DNA of 64,000 nt from Chrysomallon squamiferum (lineage: Eukaryota; Animalia; Mollusca), in the NCBI GenBank assembly GCA_012295275.1, contig CM022674.1, positions 12,276,001 through 12,340,000 of the forward strand, read 5' to 3'. The position numbers and the translations under genes are program-made. Below the pieces are notes generated by a model that worked only from the letters and a program-made list of their open reading frames with translations, made no database searches and had not been told where the DNA came from. Below, piece after piece: positions 25,615-38,600 of the stretch (its first letter is position 1; each line of letters starts with the position of its first letter).

Positions 25615-28090
25615 TATTATTATGTGAAATGATTTTTGAAACACACACCACCAACACATGAAAAGAAAATGAAACACATTGTATTACATAATATTATTAT
25701 TTATTTTTTTAACATATACAGAACACTAGTGTATTTATTTTAACCTAGAGTTTCACATCTGGTCATTTGTTTATTCTAACAGTTTAATTACCCGTGTCAT
25801 ATTACATAATTTATGTTACTTCCTCAACTTGTCAGTTTGAACGAACCGTGCACCCGGCACCCGGAAGTCGTCTGATGTCACCGTGGACTGGTAATCCACC
25901 GGCTGGTATTACGCAATTTCACCGCGAACTTAGTTTAGCAGTCCTGCTCTTAGGATCGAGTTATAAGCCCTTCCTGTTTCAAATGTGGCCTCACTTATGT
26001 TGAGTTTTCTAATTATTTAAATGATCTGACAAAGGATTATTACAGTATATCTGCGAAGGTTAACGAAAATATATTTCTTTACACTTCCCGAAATTAAAAT
26101 GTTTATTTTATTTGCTAGTTTTATTAAAATAATTAATACTCAGGTTTGTAGAAGCTGTCATTAATTTAATTAATTCATTAATTTCTTTTCTTTTCTTTTA
26201 TTGTTTATTTATACACCTTACTCTTTTCTTTCTTTTCTTTTCTTTTATTGTTTATTTATACACCTTACTCTTTCTTTCTTTTCTTTTCTTTTCTTTTCTT
26301 TTCATTTTCTTTCTTTCATTTTTATTTTTATTTTTTATTTTTTTATTCTGGTAATTTTGTTATTTCTGGAAAGACTTATTTACTCTTTATCTATATTATA
26401 TTAATAAATCGTGTTGGAAATATACAAACTAACATTTCAACAAGAAACATACGAAACAGTTAATTTTATTGAGACGTAAACCGTTTCAAGGAACAAATAA
26501 AACAACAGTATAAAAGTATACGGACTAAAGTAATAGAAATAAAAATACATGAAATCTAGGAAACGTTTCCTTTTTGTTGGTGTATGGCTGAAGTGATATC
26601 TATGGAAATATTTTTTTTTTTATTTTTTTATTTATTTATTTTTTTAAATCATTATTGGATAAACCGACATGAAACACGATTCTGTTTTAATTATTTCACA
26701 TCTTAATTTCATTAGCTACTTTTTGTCTGATACAACAAAATAAAGGCATATTCATATTGTGTAATTGCGTAATTCACTATAACACTTTTCAGTATCTTTA
26801 AAGTTTTTTTTTTTTTTTTTTTTATGTAAGTGATTTATATTCAAGCAGTCTTTTTAGAAGTAAGCTTGATGTATTTGTCCATACAGGTGTTAGCGAACTA
26901 GCCAGAACGCAGGTAAAACGCAGTTATATTAACTGTTAGTTTGGAAGAAGCCATTAACGAGCTGCGTTCTGAGTACCTACAAGCCCTAGTACTTAAAGTT
27001 TAACCTCAGAGTCACCGAATCTGGTGCAGTTTGAGAGAACACCCAAATCGTTATACCAGTTGTGAGGGAGTTGTGCGGTTCCCAGCATGACAGCTCTAAC
27101 TGGTTTATGCGCTGAACGAGCGCCTCGGGCTCTAGGTTGACGTACAACATCACCCATTAATTCAGCGTACAACTAAAACCCTTTGAGTATACGTATTTTA
27201 TTTTCTTCTTAAAGCCGATCTCTTCTAATAGTTCCTCTTCTCGTACGTTTTTCAAAAGCGTCTGATCTCAGAATCGCTGAGACTCTTTTATTTATATGAG
27301 CTTTCTTCAGTAGTTTGACCTCCATAAGAATCGGTGTCGACTCCCCACTACGATCAACGAGAAGATACAGCTCGGGGTTTATAAAACCTGCTTCAGCTGT
27401 GCTGGTGGAAACATCAGTCTTTAATTCTGTTTTCTACTCTGTAATTATGATTGCTTTACTATAGGTCTTGGTTTGTGCATATAAAATTTTCATTGTCGTC
27501 GTCATATAAAAGTAATCTAGCGTTGAGCTTACAGCGACAATATTCTTTTTTCAAACAGTTTTATAAAATAAAAATAATGATGATGATGATGATGGCGATG
27601 ATATTTAGAGGTGACCTTAAACGTTTAAAATGCATTCATACTTTCGTTCAAGCGTTAATTAATTTATTGATTTATTTATTTATACATTCACTGTTACGCC
27701 AAACTTTAATGTATCGTATTTTATTATTAATTTAAAATGATATGTTTATTTTCGAGAATATTTCTAATGACTTAAAGTACTTTTAGGCTTTGTTAGGATC
27801 AGTAGAATTATTCCTTCTCCTTGTTTGGGTTTAGTAGTAAAGAATGAAATTGGCATCCACCAGTCATTTGTATTCTGTCTTAAAATACGGGTGGATCACG
27901 GAACGGAGCCATAAAATATTTAACTGCCACAGACATTCTATTTTAACGAGTAAACCCGACTACACGCAGCAGGGGTCTTCTCGGTATGCATTTCAGTTTA
28001 CATGTCAACACACCCTATTCTTCAGGAATGCTTTACATGTGTCTGCACCTTAAACTGCAGCAGCAAAAACAAAGGTACTAACATATTAAA

Positions 28091-28094
<4 letters not shown>

Positions 28095-28178
<84 letters not shown>
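28095..28178. repeat. (GA)n microsatellite, one of many simple repeats in the window
   Basis: Directly visible. Others include (TTAC)n ~2922-2980, (TAT)n ~3345-3428, (CT)n ~14947-15008, (CA)n ~15176-15285, (GA)n ~29873-29938 and ~30980-31040, and (TAA)n ~56462-56516. Confidence 0.95.
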
Positions 28179-28182
<4 letters not shown>

Positions 28183-29790
28183 GGGGGTATTCTGTTAACG
28201 TAGGATAATGGGGCATATGTTAGTACTTTTGTTCTGCGGTAGGAAGAAAGTGATACTTGTTTTCATCTCTGTTAAATTTCAGGTTAATCAACCCCCTCTG
28301 CCCCACTATAACCAAACAGTCGCCATCTGACTAAGTTAACATGACTGTGTGTCACAGCCTATAAATATATAATTCTTTATCGTTATTTTACTTTTTTTCA
28401 TTCATCTGCGGTTTTTATATTTTTCTCTCTTTCTTTCTTTTCTTGTTTTTTTTTCTTCGTGGGTTTTTCTCTTTCTTTTTATTTTCAGTTTTTGATTATT
28501 TTACTTCATGACAAGAAAACACCATCTTGACTCATTTTAAATATTTATTATATTGTTATTTAAGGTTGGTAGCCTATGTATAATTTAAATTTGATCATTT
28601 TATTTTCAATCAAGATATTAAATTATTCACAATTATACTTAATATAATATCACTGTATTTTTGGATATATGTCATCTTATGGGTGGATGCCTTGTTGGAT
28701 GGATAACTGGATCAGGTGGATGGGTGCGTGGACTGACTAATTCTGTAATTAAATGTATGTATATATGTATGTATACGTGTTTGAGTGTATTATGTAATCA
28801 TATATGTTCTTCAGAGTTATTTCTGATTAAATACATACAAATACTTATTAGTAGTATTAGTATTAGTATTAGTATTAGTATTATTACTGAAAACTGAACG
28901 ATAAAAATAAATTTAAATTCGCTACGCGTATCATAACTTTATGCCTCATTTCCTACGAAACCATTAAACTCTTAAATTGTATATGTATAAACTTTATTTC
29001 GTATGTATAATAAACATAAACCCTCCATAAACTATAGTTTATTGCAAACGTCGAGCACGAAAACTGGTCTCACCACCCTAATGGCGATAAAAAGTGGCCC
29101 ATCATTTTTTACTATGGGTACAGCGTTGTATTAGATACCGCGATATACCCGGAAAGAATGCATTAAGCGCGATATAAACCCAGTGGTGTTTCGTGTATCA
29201 CCTATTAAAATATGCACACATCAAATAGTTTTGTCCGGACACCTGAATACGCGACGCGACATCCCGGTAAGACGAAAGACAAGCGGATATTTGACAGCAA
29301 TGCAGTATAACTACATTGCGCACCCGGGTAATCCAGTTCGTTGTTACATTTTGTCGCGCACTCATATCCGGGGCGACACTTAGTCAGGGTAGTTTCCATC
29401 ATCGTGTGTTTTATTTTTAAAGTTGAAGGGAGAAAAACCGGGAAATCGAAAGTGTGTTATTTGATCAAGTTACGAGAAATATTTAACGCGTACGAAACTG
29501 TCATGTCGTTGTTTTAAGTAAGTACTGAACATTCTTTTGTAAACATATTTAAACATTTTCTCTTTTTTTTTTTCCTAATTTGTTTTTTCTTTATTATTAT
29601 TAATTTGTTATTATTATTAAATCTAAATCTGTGTATCAAATTTAATATGTTTCTTTATATAATTGGAATATGTTGATGATAATGTTGATGATGATGAAAA
29701 CTGTGGTAATAATGATAATTATGATTAATTCTGTATTTATTAACGGTTGTGTTGAGGTAATTATTAACTGATTTTTAAAAATATTTGAAT

Positions 29791-29852
<62 letters not shown>

Positions 29853-29864
29853 ATCATTGTAAAG

Positions 29865-29941
<77 letters not shown>

Positions 29942-30977
29942 AAATGAATTTTATACAACATTAATAAATTTAATTACCTGTTTCACAATATCATTTATAA
30001 TATTACAGGCACCTTCACATTTATTCAGTCTTGTAAAAGAATCCGTATTTTATGTGAAACAGGAAATAAGGTATCTACATTTGCCATAAATAAATACTTC
30101 AATACCACTCTGGCTTTTCCTTAATATTTTGTCGTCTGCTTTGTTTGCAATGTCCACTTGTTAGACTACGTAAACCACATCAGTGGGTTTTAAACATGTG
30201 CCGTTTCCTCGTTTCCGCATCAGCTGATCACGTGATGGCGTGTATTTAGCGCTGACACATCACAAGGTGCTCAGAAATAGAACACTGTATTGTTTCTATT
30301 TATAGTACCAATCAGTGTAGTTCATTCCATTCTGCGTATTATTTTAACCGATTCGTACAGCGGAATTCACAATATTTTATGTCATACGCCAGTTCATTTA
30401 GGCGATGCGCTAAAAAATTCCTTCAGCTGTTGAAAACATATATAAAGACTAATAAATAAAAATAAATTAACAAATTACATAATAAAAAATTAAAAAATTA
30501 ATAAATAAATAAATAAAAACAAAAAAATAAATAATAAAAGAAATAATAAATATATAACAGTAAGTAACTAAATAAAACAATAACAATAACAATGCAAAAC
30601 ATACAAAAGAAAACAACAACATATTATGAGAAACAAGCACTATCTCAAGAGAAAGGGGCGTGGCCTAATTCAGTTACCGAGCGCAACTGACGTTGTATGG
30701 ACGACAGGGTCGATTCGCCATGCAGAATTTATTTTTCGGATATGCAGAATTTATTTCCGTACCAGTCTGTATTAAAATTTTATTACGTCAACGGATGCAG
30801 TATATCATTTCCTAAGAAAGAAAAACGGATAGCCAGTATGGCCAAAACAGATTTGCAACAATTACACATTAATTCCTTTTGTTATTTCCTGAATACATTT
30901 CACTGAATAATCTCCCTTTTAAGTTATTAATGTGGTGTGTGTGTGTGTGTATGTGTGTGTGTGTGTGTGTGTATGAT

Positions 30978-31044
<67 letters not shown>

Positions 31045-31115
31045 CTCAAAGAGTCAAATGAGTCATGGGAATATATTTAAAATTCGATACACAATAACAT
31101 ACAATATTTATTTTT

Positions 31116-31156
<41 letters not shown>

Positions 31157-31577
31157 TATTAAATAATAATTTTAGTAATTCTAGCTTAAGAGAAATTAAA
31201 AACAGCATTTTCTTTGATAACCAGTTGTGAGACTGGTGAAAACGGGAAAAATCCTAACTGTAGAGTGTCGATGATCGGCTCTTTATCGATTACATATATC
31301 ACAAGACTTACACTGACACACACAAAACACTCATACATTCGTGTACTCATCGCATTTAAATAGTACTTATATATGTAAGTAAGTACGAACATACCTATAT
31401 TTATTTATTTATTCATTCATTTATTTTCATTGTAATTAAGACTTTGAGACATAAATATTATTTTGCAAAATATTACACATTTTTTTAATGTTTAAATAAT
31501 CTTTTCTTTATGTTTTTGAAGAAATTCCGAATATCTTTAAATAATTAATTTATAATTAATAACAATTATCATTTAAG

Positions 31578-31634
<57 letters not shown>

Positions 31635-32039
31635 GCACAAAAGAACATATTAGATTAAAAAATAAATAAAATAATAATAATAATAGTAATAATAATAATA
31701 ATAAAATATTGCAAGAAATACAACAAAGTAAATCACAGTGCTTTCTCTCATTCAATATAAGTGTTCCAGAATCAACTAATATAATAACATTATATTTATT
31801 AATATTTTACTTATTATTTATTTTTATCTAAAATTAATATTGATAATTATAGTTAACGTGCATTATTTAAACGTCGATAATTAGATTTTTATTTTGCTGG
31901 ACGTGTAAAGCTGTTAATACAAGTGACATATCGAGGGTGTAAATAAATACATTCTATTTTTATATATGTAATATAATCAGTCAAGCTTTTCTTTCTATAT
32001 TATGATCTGGTGACACATATTAAATGTGACAAAATATCA

Positions 32040-32660
32040 AGGATAAAATCTCAACGTCATGTGAGAGAGTTGCGGGTACTTGATACACACCCTGCAACTA
32101 GAGGTCGCTGTTAATTCGTTCCTCCTAGAGGAAACAAAATGGCTTCACCCGGTTATAAGTGCTCGATGACGTCTGAACAAAACACACCCGTAAACCTTTC
32201 AGATATGTCTCGAGAGGTAAGTTTATTGTTGTCGTGAATTGTAACTAACTCCTCTTTTATGTGATACACAAAATTAACCCATCTGATTATCTGGTCAAAA
32301 GTAATACATGCTTTTAATGGGGTGGCGAGTGAGGTCTTTTGTGAGTAGGCGAGACCAAATGGCGATCGCGGACAGTACCCAGATGTGTCGACTTGCCGGA
32401 ATCCCAGCTCGCTTCGGCATTACTATCGTAGGTTTTATATATTTTTATTAAACGATGGAGTATTTTTATTTGATGGTTGTCTCTCTTCATTTATGTTTCT
32501 GATCGTACGCACTCTTTTATTACTGCGTGGCTCACTTAGACGGGTGTGTAAAACCTTTTTCGCTTCTCATTACATATTCAGGTCACTGGTGCGTGACGTC
32601 ACAACCAAAGTGGAATGAGGACTGTTGGGGAAGTCTGCCAGCTGTTTTCAATTAATAAAT
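32040..32660 (+). promoter_or_regulatory. CpG-retaining promoter / first-exon region of PUS3
   Basis: CpG-rich relative to the downstream gene body. YY1-like AAAATGGC overlaps the ATG, AAATGGCG lies at ~32357, and a CRE TGACGTCA lies at ~32594. Confidence 0.5.
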
Positions 32661-35600
32661 GCGATTTATACATTTACGATGACACTGCTATTATTTTTTT
32701 CACTTACATATCCTTATTTTCGTATTATGAATATGATTTCAGCGTTTATTAATATGTTGCATAGGTTATTGATGTTCAGTAATTTAAATCATTAAAATTA
32801 TAAATATAAACACGGTTATACAAGCATACAATGTTAAACATTGTCCATGGGATTAAAATTAATTAACAATAATAAAAACTTTATTTAAAAAAAAGCATAA
32901 TTTGAAAGAGATGAAAAAAACAAAACAATCTTTTTGTTTACCTGTTTTTATATATTTTTCTAAGTAAGTTGCTTTGCCAGTGTCAGATAACAATTATGAC
33001 AAATGACACATCTTGCAGTGTATTTTGTTTTGATTATCAACATTCTTAAAGAATATAATGTGTTATGTTTATTACATTTTCATCAGTCTTAATTGCCAAT
33101 TATTTCTTCTATTTAATAATTTTAGTTTACCATAAGTACACATGAATTTAAGTCACATATTGTCTTGGAGTAACCTGCTTTGGCATTATCATAGGTTTTA
33201 TTTTTTATTTTTTGTTAAACAGTGGAGTGTTTTCTCTCTTCATTTGTTGTTTCTGCTCAAGAGCATCTTCAAAATGTATTAGTATTAAAAGAAAACTAAA
33301 TTCATGAGATATAAGAAAATAACCAAATATATCTTTCAGATTTAAAGCTATTTTTAAATTTTATATTACTTGATTATATTTTTTATTTAATTTGATTTTC
33401 GATTTGTTGTCTATCCAAATATTACTTTGTTAATTCAGATTTCTTTTAAACAAGAAATATAGTCTGTCAAGCAACATTAACTTAAAGCAAATCTCATTTA
33501 GTGATCTGTATGTTTAATGATATTTAAAAAATATAAATATACTAATAATAAATAAATGAATAAGTAAAATCTTTTTGATACTTTTTGTAATGGAATAATA
33601 GAAAATCATTTGATATACCTAGATTTGTTTTTGTTGTTTCCAGATACATAAAACTGCAGTAACCCAACTGATTCATCCCTGCCATTATTTTTCATTCAAC
33701 AAGCCTCCTTCCAAAAAAACCATTAAAAAAGCCCCTGTTAAATCTTAAAACAATTAAGTAATAACTAGAACAGAATGTTTTGTGTACGTGTGTGGTTTTT
33801 GTTAATCTTTTTTTCTTCTTCATAGAATGTGTGTGCATGTTATTTGAAAGTTTTCAGAAATTTATAGCCTGTTTGGTCATTTGAAATCTGTGCTTGTTTT
33901 AAGTGTGATAACAAAAATATTTATAGAAAAATAAAATTGTGAAATGTTTTCATTATTGCAGTTAATTATTAAGAAATATACAGGTAGTGGCAAGTTTGAA
34001 GAATGGAAATTTAATAACATCTCAGCATTTCAGTTTTAAAATTTTTATTTGCCATTAAACATATTTTACAAACAAATTTTTATATAGTTTCTTATAAACA
34101 GGTAAATCTACACCCATGCTTTTCATACACCAGTCACGGGGAAAAACAACATAACTTAATAATAATGAACTATATTTTGATGTATTTAAAACTCTCTGAA
34201 AGACAAACTTCTAGTGACATTTTTTAAATGTATTTCTGATGTTGGCATGAGTTTGTACATCATTTTTTTTTTTTTTGAGAATTAATTTATTTTCATTCCA
34301 TCTTGCGTATAATTTGCATAAATATATACAAAATATATAAAAATATTTTTACTAATTTTATTAATTTTTAACATTCTTTCTATTCTAACTCTTCCTGTTC
34401 TTTATTCTGCTAGAAGACATCAGCGATTTGGTTGCCATGGTACCTGTAATGGGTTGTTGACACCACTAAAATGCCAGTATCTTGCCAGTCAGTCACCTGT
34501 GCAGACGTTTGTACAGACTGAGTCAGTATAACTCCAGTCTAATAATAATGGTGCTATGAATTTCTAACATTTAACTTTTTATATCAAGTGGCATTCTAGT
34601 CAAGTCTGTTGTAAGATATTACCACAATTTTAACGTAAAAAACTAAATACTAGTCACTTGCAATTCAACATGAAAGGAGAAAAAATTGCCTGCCAGGATC
34701 TTCGAAATTATCTCTATGGAATTGACAATTACCGCCAAGCGAGCATGCTCCGCAAAGGGAGAGAAGTCCACAAGATTTATTGTGAGGTCCACAAAGGACC
34801 CAGTTTCCTTGATGACCGTTTCACTCTGACAGAATTTGGCAAACTTGTCCTTGAAAATGGCAGTTTCAGGGCAGGCAGAGCAAAAAATGTCCGACAGATA
34901 GTTGTTGCCAGGGAAACGCTATATTGTAGTGGAGCTGGAACATGCAAACGAGGGTGTGGTGGTTATGGCCATTGTCTTCCAGGTACAGTGTTTGTCATTG
35001 TTTTTATAGAAATTTTAAATATTTAATTAGTTAAAGATATTGTCTATGTAAACCTGTTTTGTAACGGCTCTGTTTTGATTCATCTGTAAAATACTGCATC
35101 TGTATAGTTAGATGTTACATGTTTCAGTCATGCACACTAGTATAAATATATTCTCTGTTCATGACAAAATTTGTTTTATGAAGATATTAAATATTTCAGT
35201 CATGTGCACATATACAAATATATGTTTTCAAGTAGTTTTGAACAGACAGCTGAAATGTTTATAATTTAAAAAAAAAAAATGAAGTAAAATATTAGGTATT
35301 AAAAGTTATATAAACACATACCAATTAAACCTTTTTATGAATAAATTAGATTTTATGCATTTCATTAATTCATTTTGAATATACAATAGTTGTGATATTT
35401 GTTAAATCATATTTGTAGGGTGTGAGAAAATCAAAGTACGAGGTCATAAATGCAGCTTCCGAGTAAAAATGACGATGCGCCTGGGTTATATTGATTTCTG
35501 GTATGTTGAGGTACTTGGGGATCACAGCAACTACACAGTAGCCACTGATACTGAAAGCGCCAACAGGAATGTTGGCCGCATGCTAACCAACTATGATCAG

Positions 35601-38600
35601 CTTTTACAGGGTTCTCCGAGTTCGCTGTCGCAGACTGGAACTAAGTCCTCGGAGAAAACCAGTTCTGCATCTCCGACTGAACACCTCACTAGTGTTACAG
35701 AGAGCTATTTGTCGAAATCCCTGTTCACGCCTAATTCTCTAGTCTCGTTTCGACATCTAAACGTACCCGTCTTCCCAGAATCCTTCCCAGTCAGTTCTTC
35801 CCAGGCTACTCCTCCTTCCCAGAGTCCTCCACAACATACCAATACTCAGCTTTCTCACCTGCGACTTCCTGTTAAACAGGAGACTAGTGATAGTGATTCC
35901 TACCTTGCTCGTTCCTTATTGCTTCCGTACGCTAATGGACACGGATCAGGTTTGCACAGCTGGGTACAGAACAATGATGTCGCTGATGCTGCGACGGACG
36001 TAGATACATCAAGTCACACTATGGATGATTCATTAGATGATCACTCCAGTGCTGTATGCACAGATGAAATTGATGGCGATGTTGACTGCGATGTAGTTGA
36101 CGAAGATTTGTCACCTGCGGACAATGAAGGAAAGGTATTGTGGTTTTGTGCAGTAGTGCATGTGCATGGTGCTGGAGTTGTGCAGCCCAGGGTCAGCATG
36201 CTGTTTGAAAAGTTGTTTAGTAACTGCGCTGAAGTGCTTGGTTTGGTGTTAAGATCTGTTTAACATTGGATGTGGCATGGTGGATGTTTTCAGTGCAGCA
36301 TGTCGTACGTTTTTATACTGGCAAGGTACATGGTAACAGTTTTGCTTTGTTTTCTTGACATATTCTTTTTGCTGTTCCTCTGTTTTGGGTTTCATTTTTC
36401 TATGTTTACTTTCCTTTTTTTTTTTAAAGAAAATTCTATTATATGGTTCTGGTTTGAACTCAGACACCCACAAACTTAGATATTCCCTTTCCTTTGTATA
36501 TTAAGCATGTATTTTATGTTTGCTTATCCATCCCCTCCTCCAGAGATTTATATTATTTATTTATTTTTGTTATTATTAACTATTATTTTTTAATTTGTTT
36601 TGCTGCAACCTAGTTTTCTCTGCCTATTTAAAATAAATTTCCATCTTAAATCTTTCATTTCATTTTTGATTTCAGTGTTTTTTTAAATAATATATAAAAT
36701 ATTTGAGGTACAAACAGTTATAAACAGCCCAAAATATAAAAATAATAATAATGGAAAAGAGTTAGTTGGGTTTCAGCAAAACTAACATATAGAGGCATAT
36801 TAACAATCATAATCCTAAATGCTTCAAAAACTATTATTATTATTATTTTTTTTTCTTTTTTTCACTTTATGCTACATATTTTGTTAAATAATTTTTCTAA
36901 CAGATAAACAGTAGACTGTCTGTTCCTAAAGCAAAACTAAGAAATAAGTACTTACAACACTTACAATTATAAAAAAATAAATTTTGATATCACTTGTAAG
37001 TGGGGAATTGTAGAAAAATAAAAATTGTAACAGGAATGATTTTATTTATCCAATATGTTCACTGTCCCCCATTTTCTTGATATATCCTCATATTCAGTCA
37101 AATACTTTACAAATAAACTTTACAAAAATGTTAATTATATTCTTCTGTGATTCCAAATTTATGCAATACCCTTTGTTATAAGTTCTTTTTAAAAATTATT
37201 AATTTTTTAACATGTAACAGTTGTTGTGTTAGTTTTATGTCTTATAATAAACATTTTTTTTTTTTTTTTATATATATTAGCAACAGTTTTAAATTAGTGG
37301 TTGTACTTGTTATTAGATTTATTCTTAGTAAATTACAGTGAACATCAGATTTTGGATTTGATTTGTTGGTTTATCAGAATGTGACAGTATTAGAAGTATC
37401 AAACCATTTATCCTTTTTCAAAATATATATGTTAGTTTGGTTTTTTTTATTAAATTTTAATAATGATTATAGAGTCTCAATTGTGCCAAACACATGGGAA
37501 AAAAAAGAAGACATAAACTCTGTTGGCACTTATTGATGAAGTGTTTTAATTTAGAAATCCTTTATTTTAGAAATCTCTTAAAACAAATTACCTCTCCCCA
37601 CCCTCTTGATACATAATAACTATTAAAATTAACCAGTCCTGCACAGCTGAATTTTTATCACTTTGATACATGTTAATAAATTCTCTATGTTGACATGCAT
37701 AATGTGGCAGTAAATGTCTGGATTGCATTTTCAATTTACATAAACATTGTTACTGACATAAATGTTTTGTTAAAATGAGCATTAAAAATGCATTTTCATT
37801 GATTATGTGATACAAAAGGACAGATGTAACCTACAGCTGATTATCATTTGTCATTTATATATTTAGCATTTATGTTAGTCATGTATTGTGCTGGATGTGT
37901 GTACACACACACAAACACACACACACACTCACATATATATAGATGTGTGTGTACTTGTGTATATATATTGTGTAAATGTGTGTGTGACAACTCTTGCATT
38001 GTCATTGTTGTTATTTAATTTTTTTATTTAGTAAATTTTTGTATGAACATTTTGTTTAAGAGTATATAAATAGTTTGCCCAGAATGGGTTGTAGTGTAGA
38101 TATTAGACATAGCTGGTTAAAGGATTCACCAAAGTATATTTGGGCTTTTTCTAGTTTCAGCCAATATTGCCCATTTACTATACAGAAGGCATTGTATCTG
38201 GGAAGGTTTACAAATATAAAATCCCTTGCTTCTATCTTATAACACACCTCTTTCAGGATGCTTTTAATCTTTACTGTGAATACAAATATGTATAACATAT
38301 TTAATCTCTTTATATAACATGATGAGACACTCAGTTATATTTTTATGCCATATATTGATATATACCATTTATTATGATGCCTGTATATGTGTATGTAGAT
38401 ATATATAAATATATAAAATCTGGTATAATGAAATCAGTTCAGTTCATATTTAACCCAAAATGTAAATTTAGTTTCTTTATTTGAACACAATTTCTTTTAT
38501 ATAAAAAGTAGGCAAAACATACATTGTTTTTATTTTATGGTGTAGATGCATTACTGTAATAACATGTAATTAATTATGTAGTTTGTATGTGTGTGCGTAT

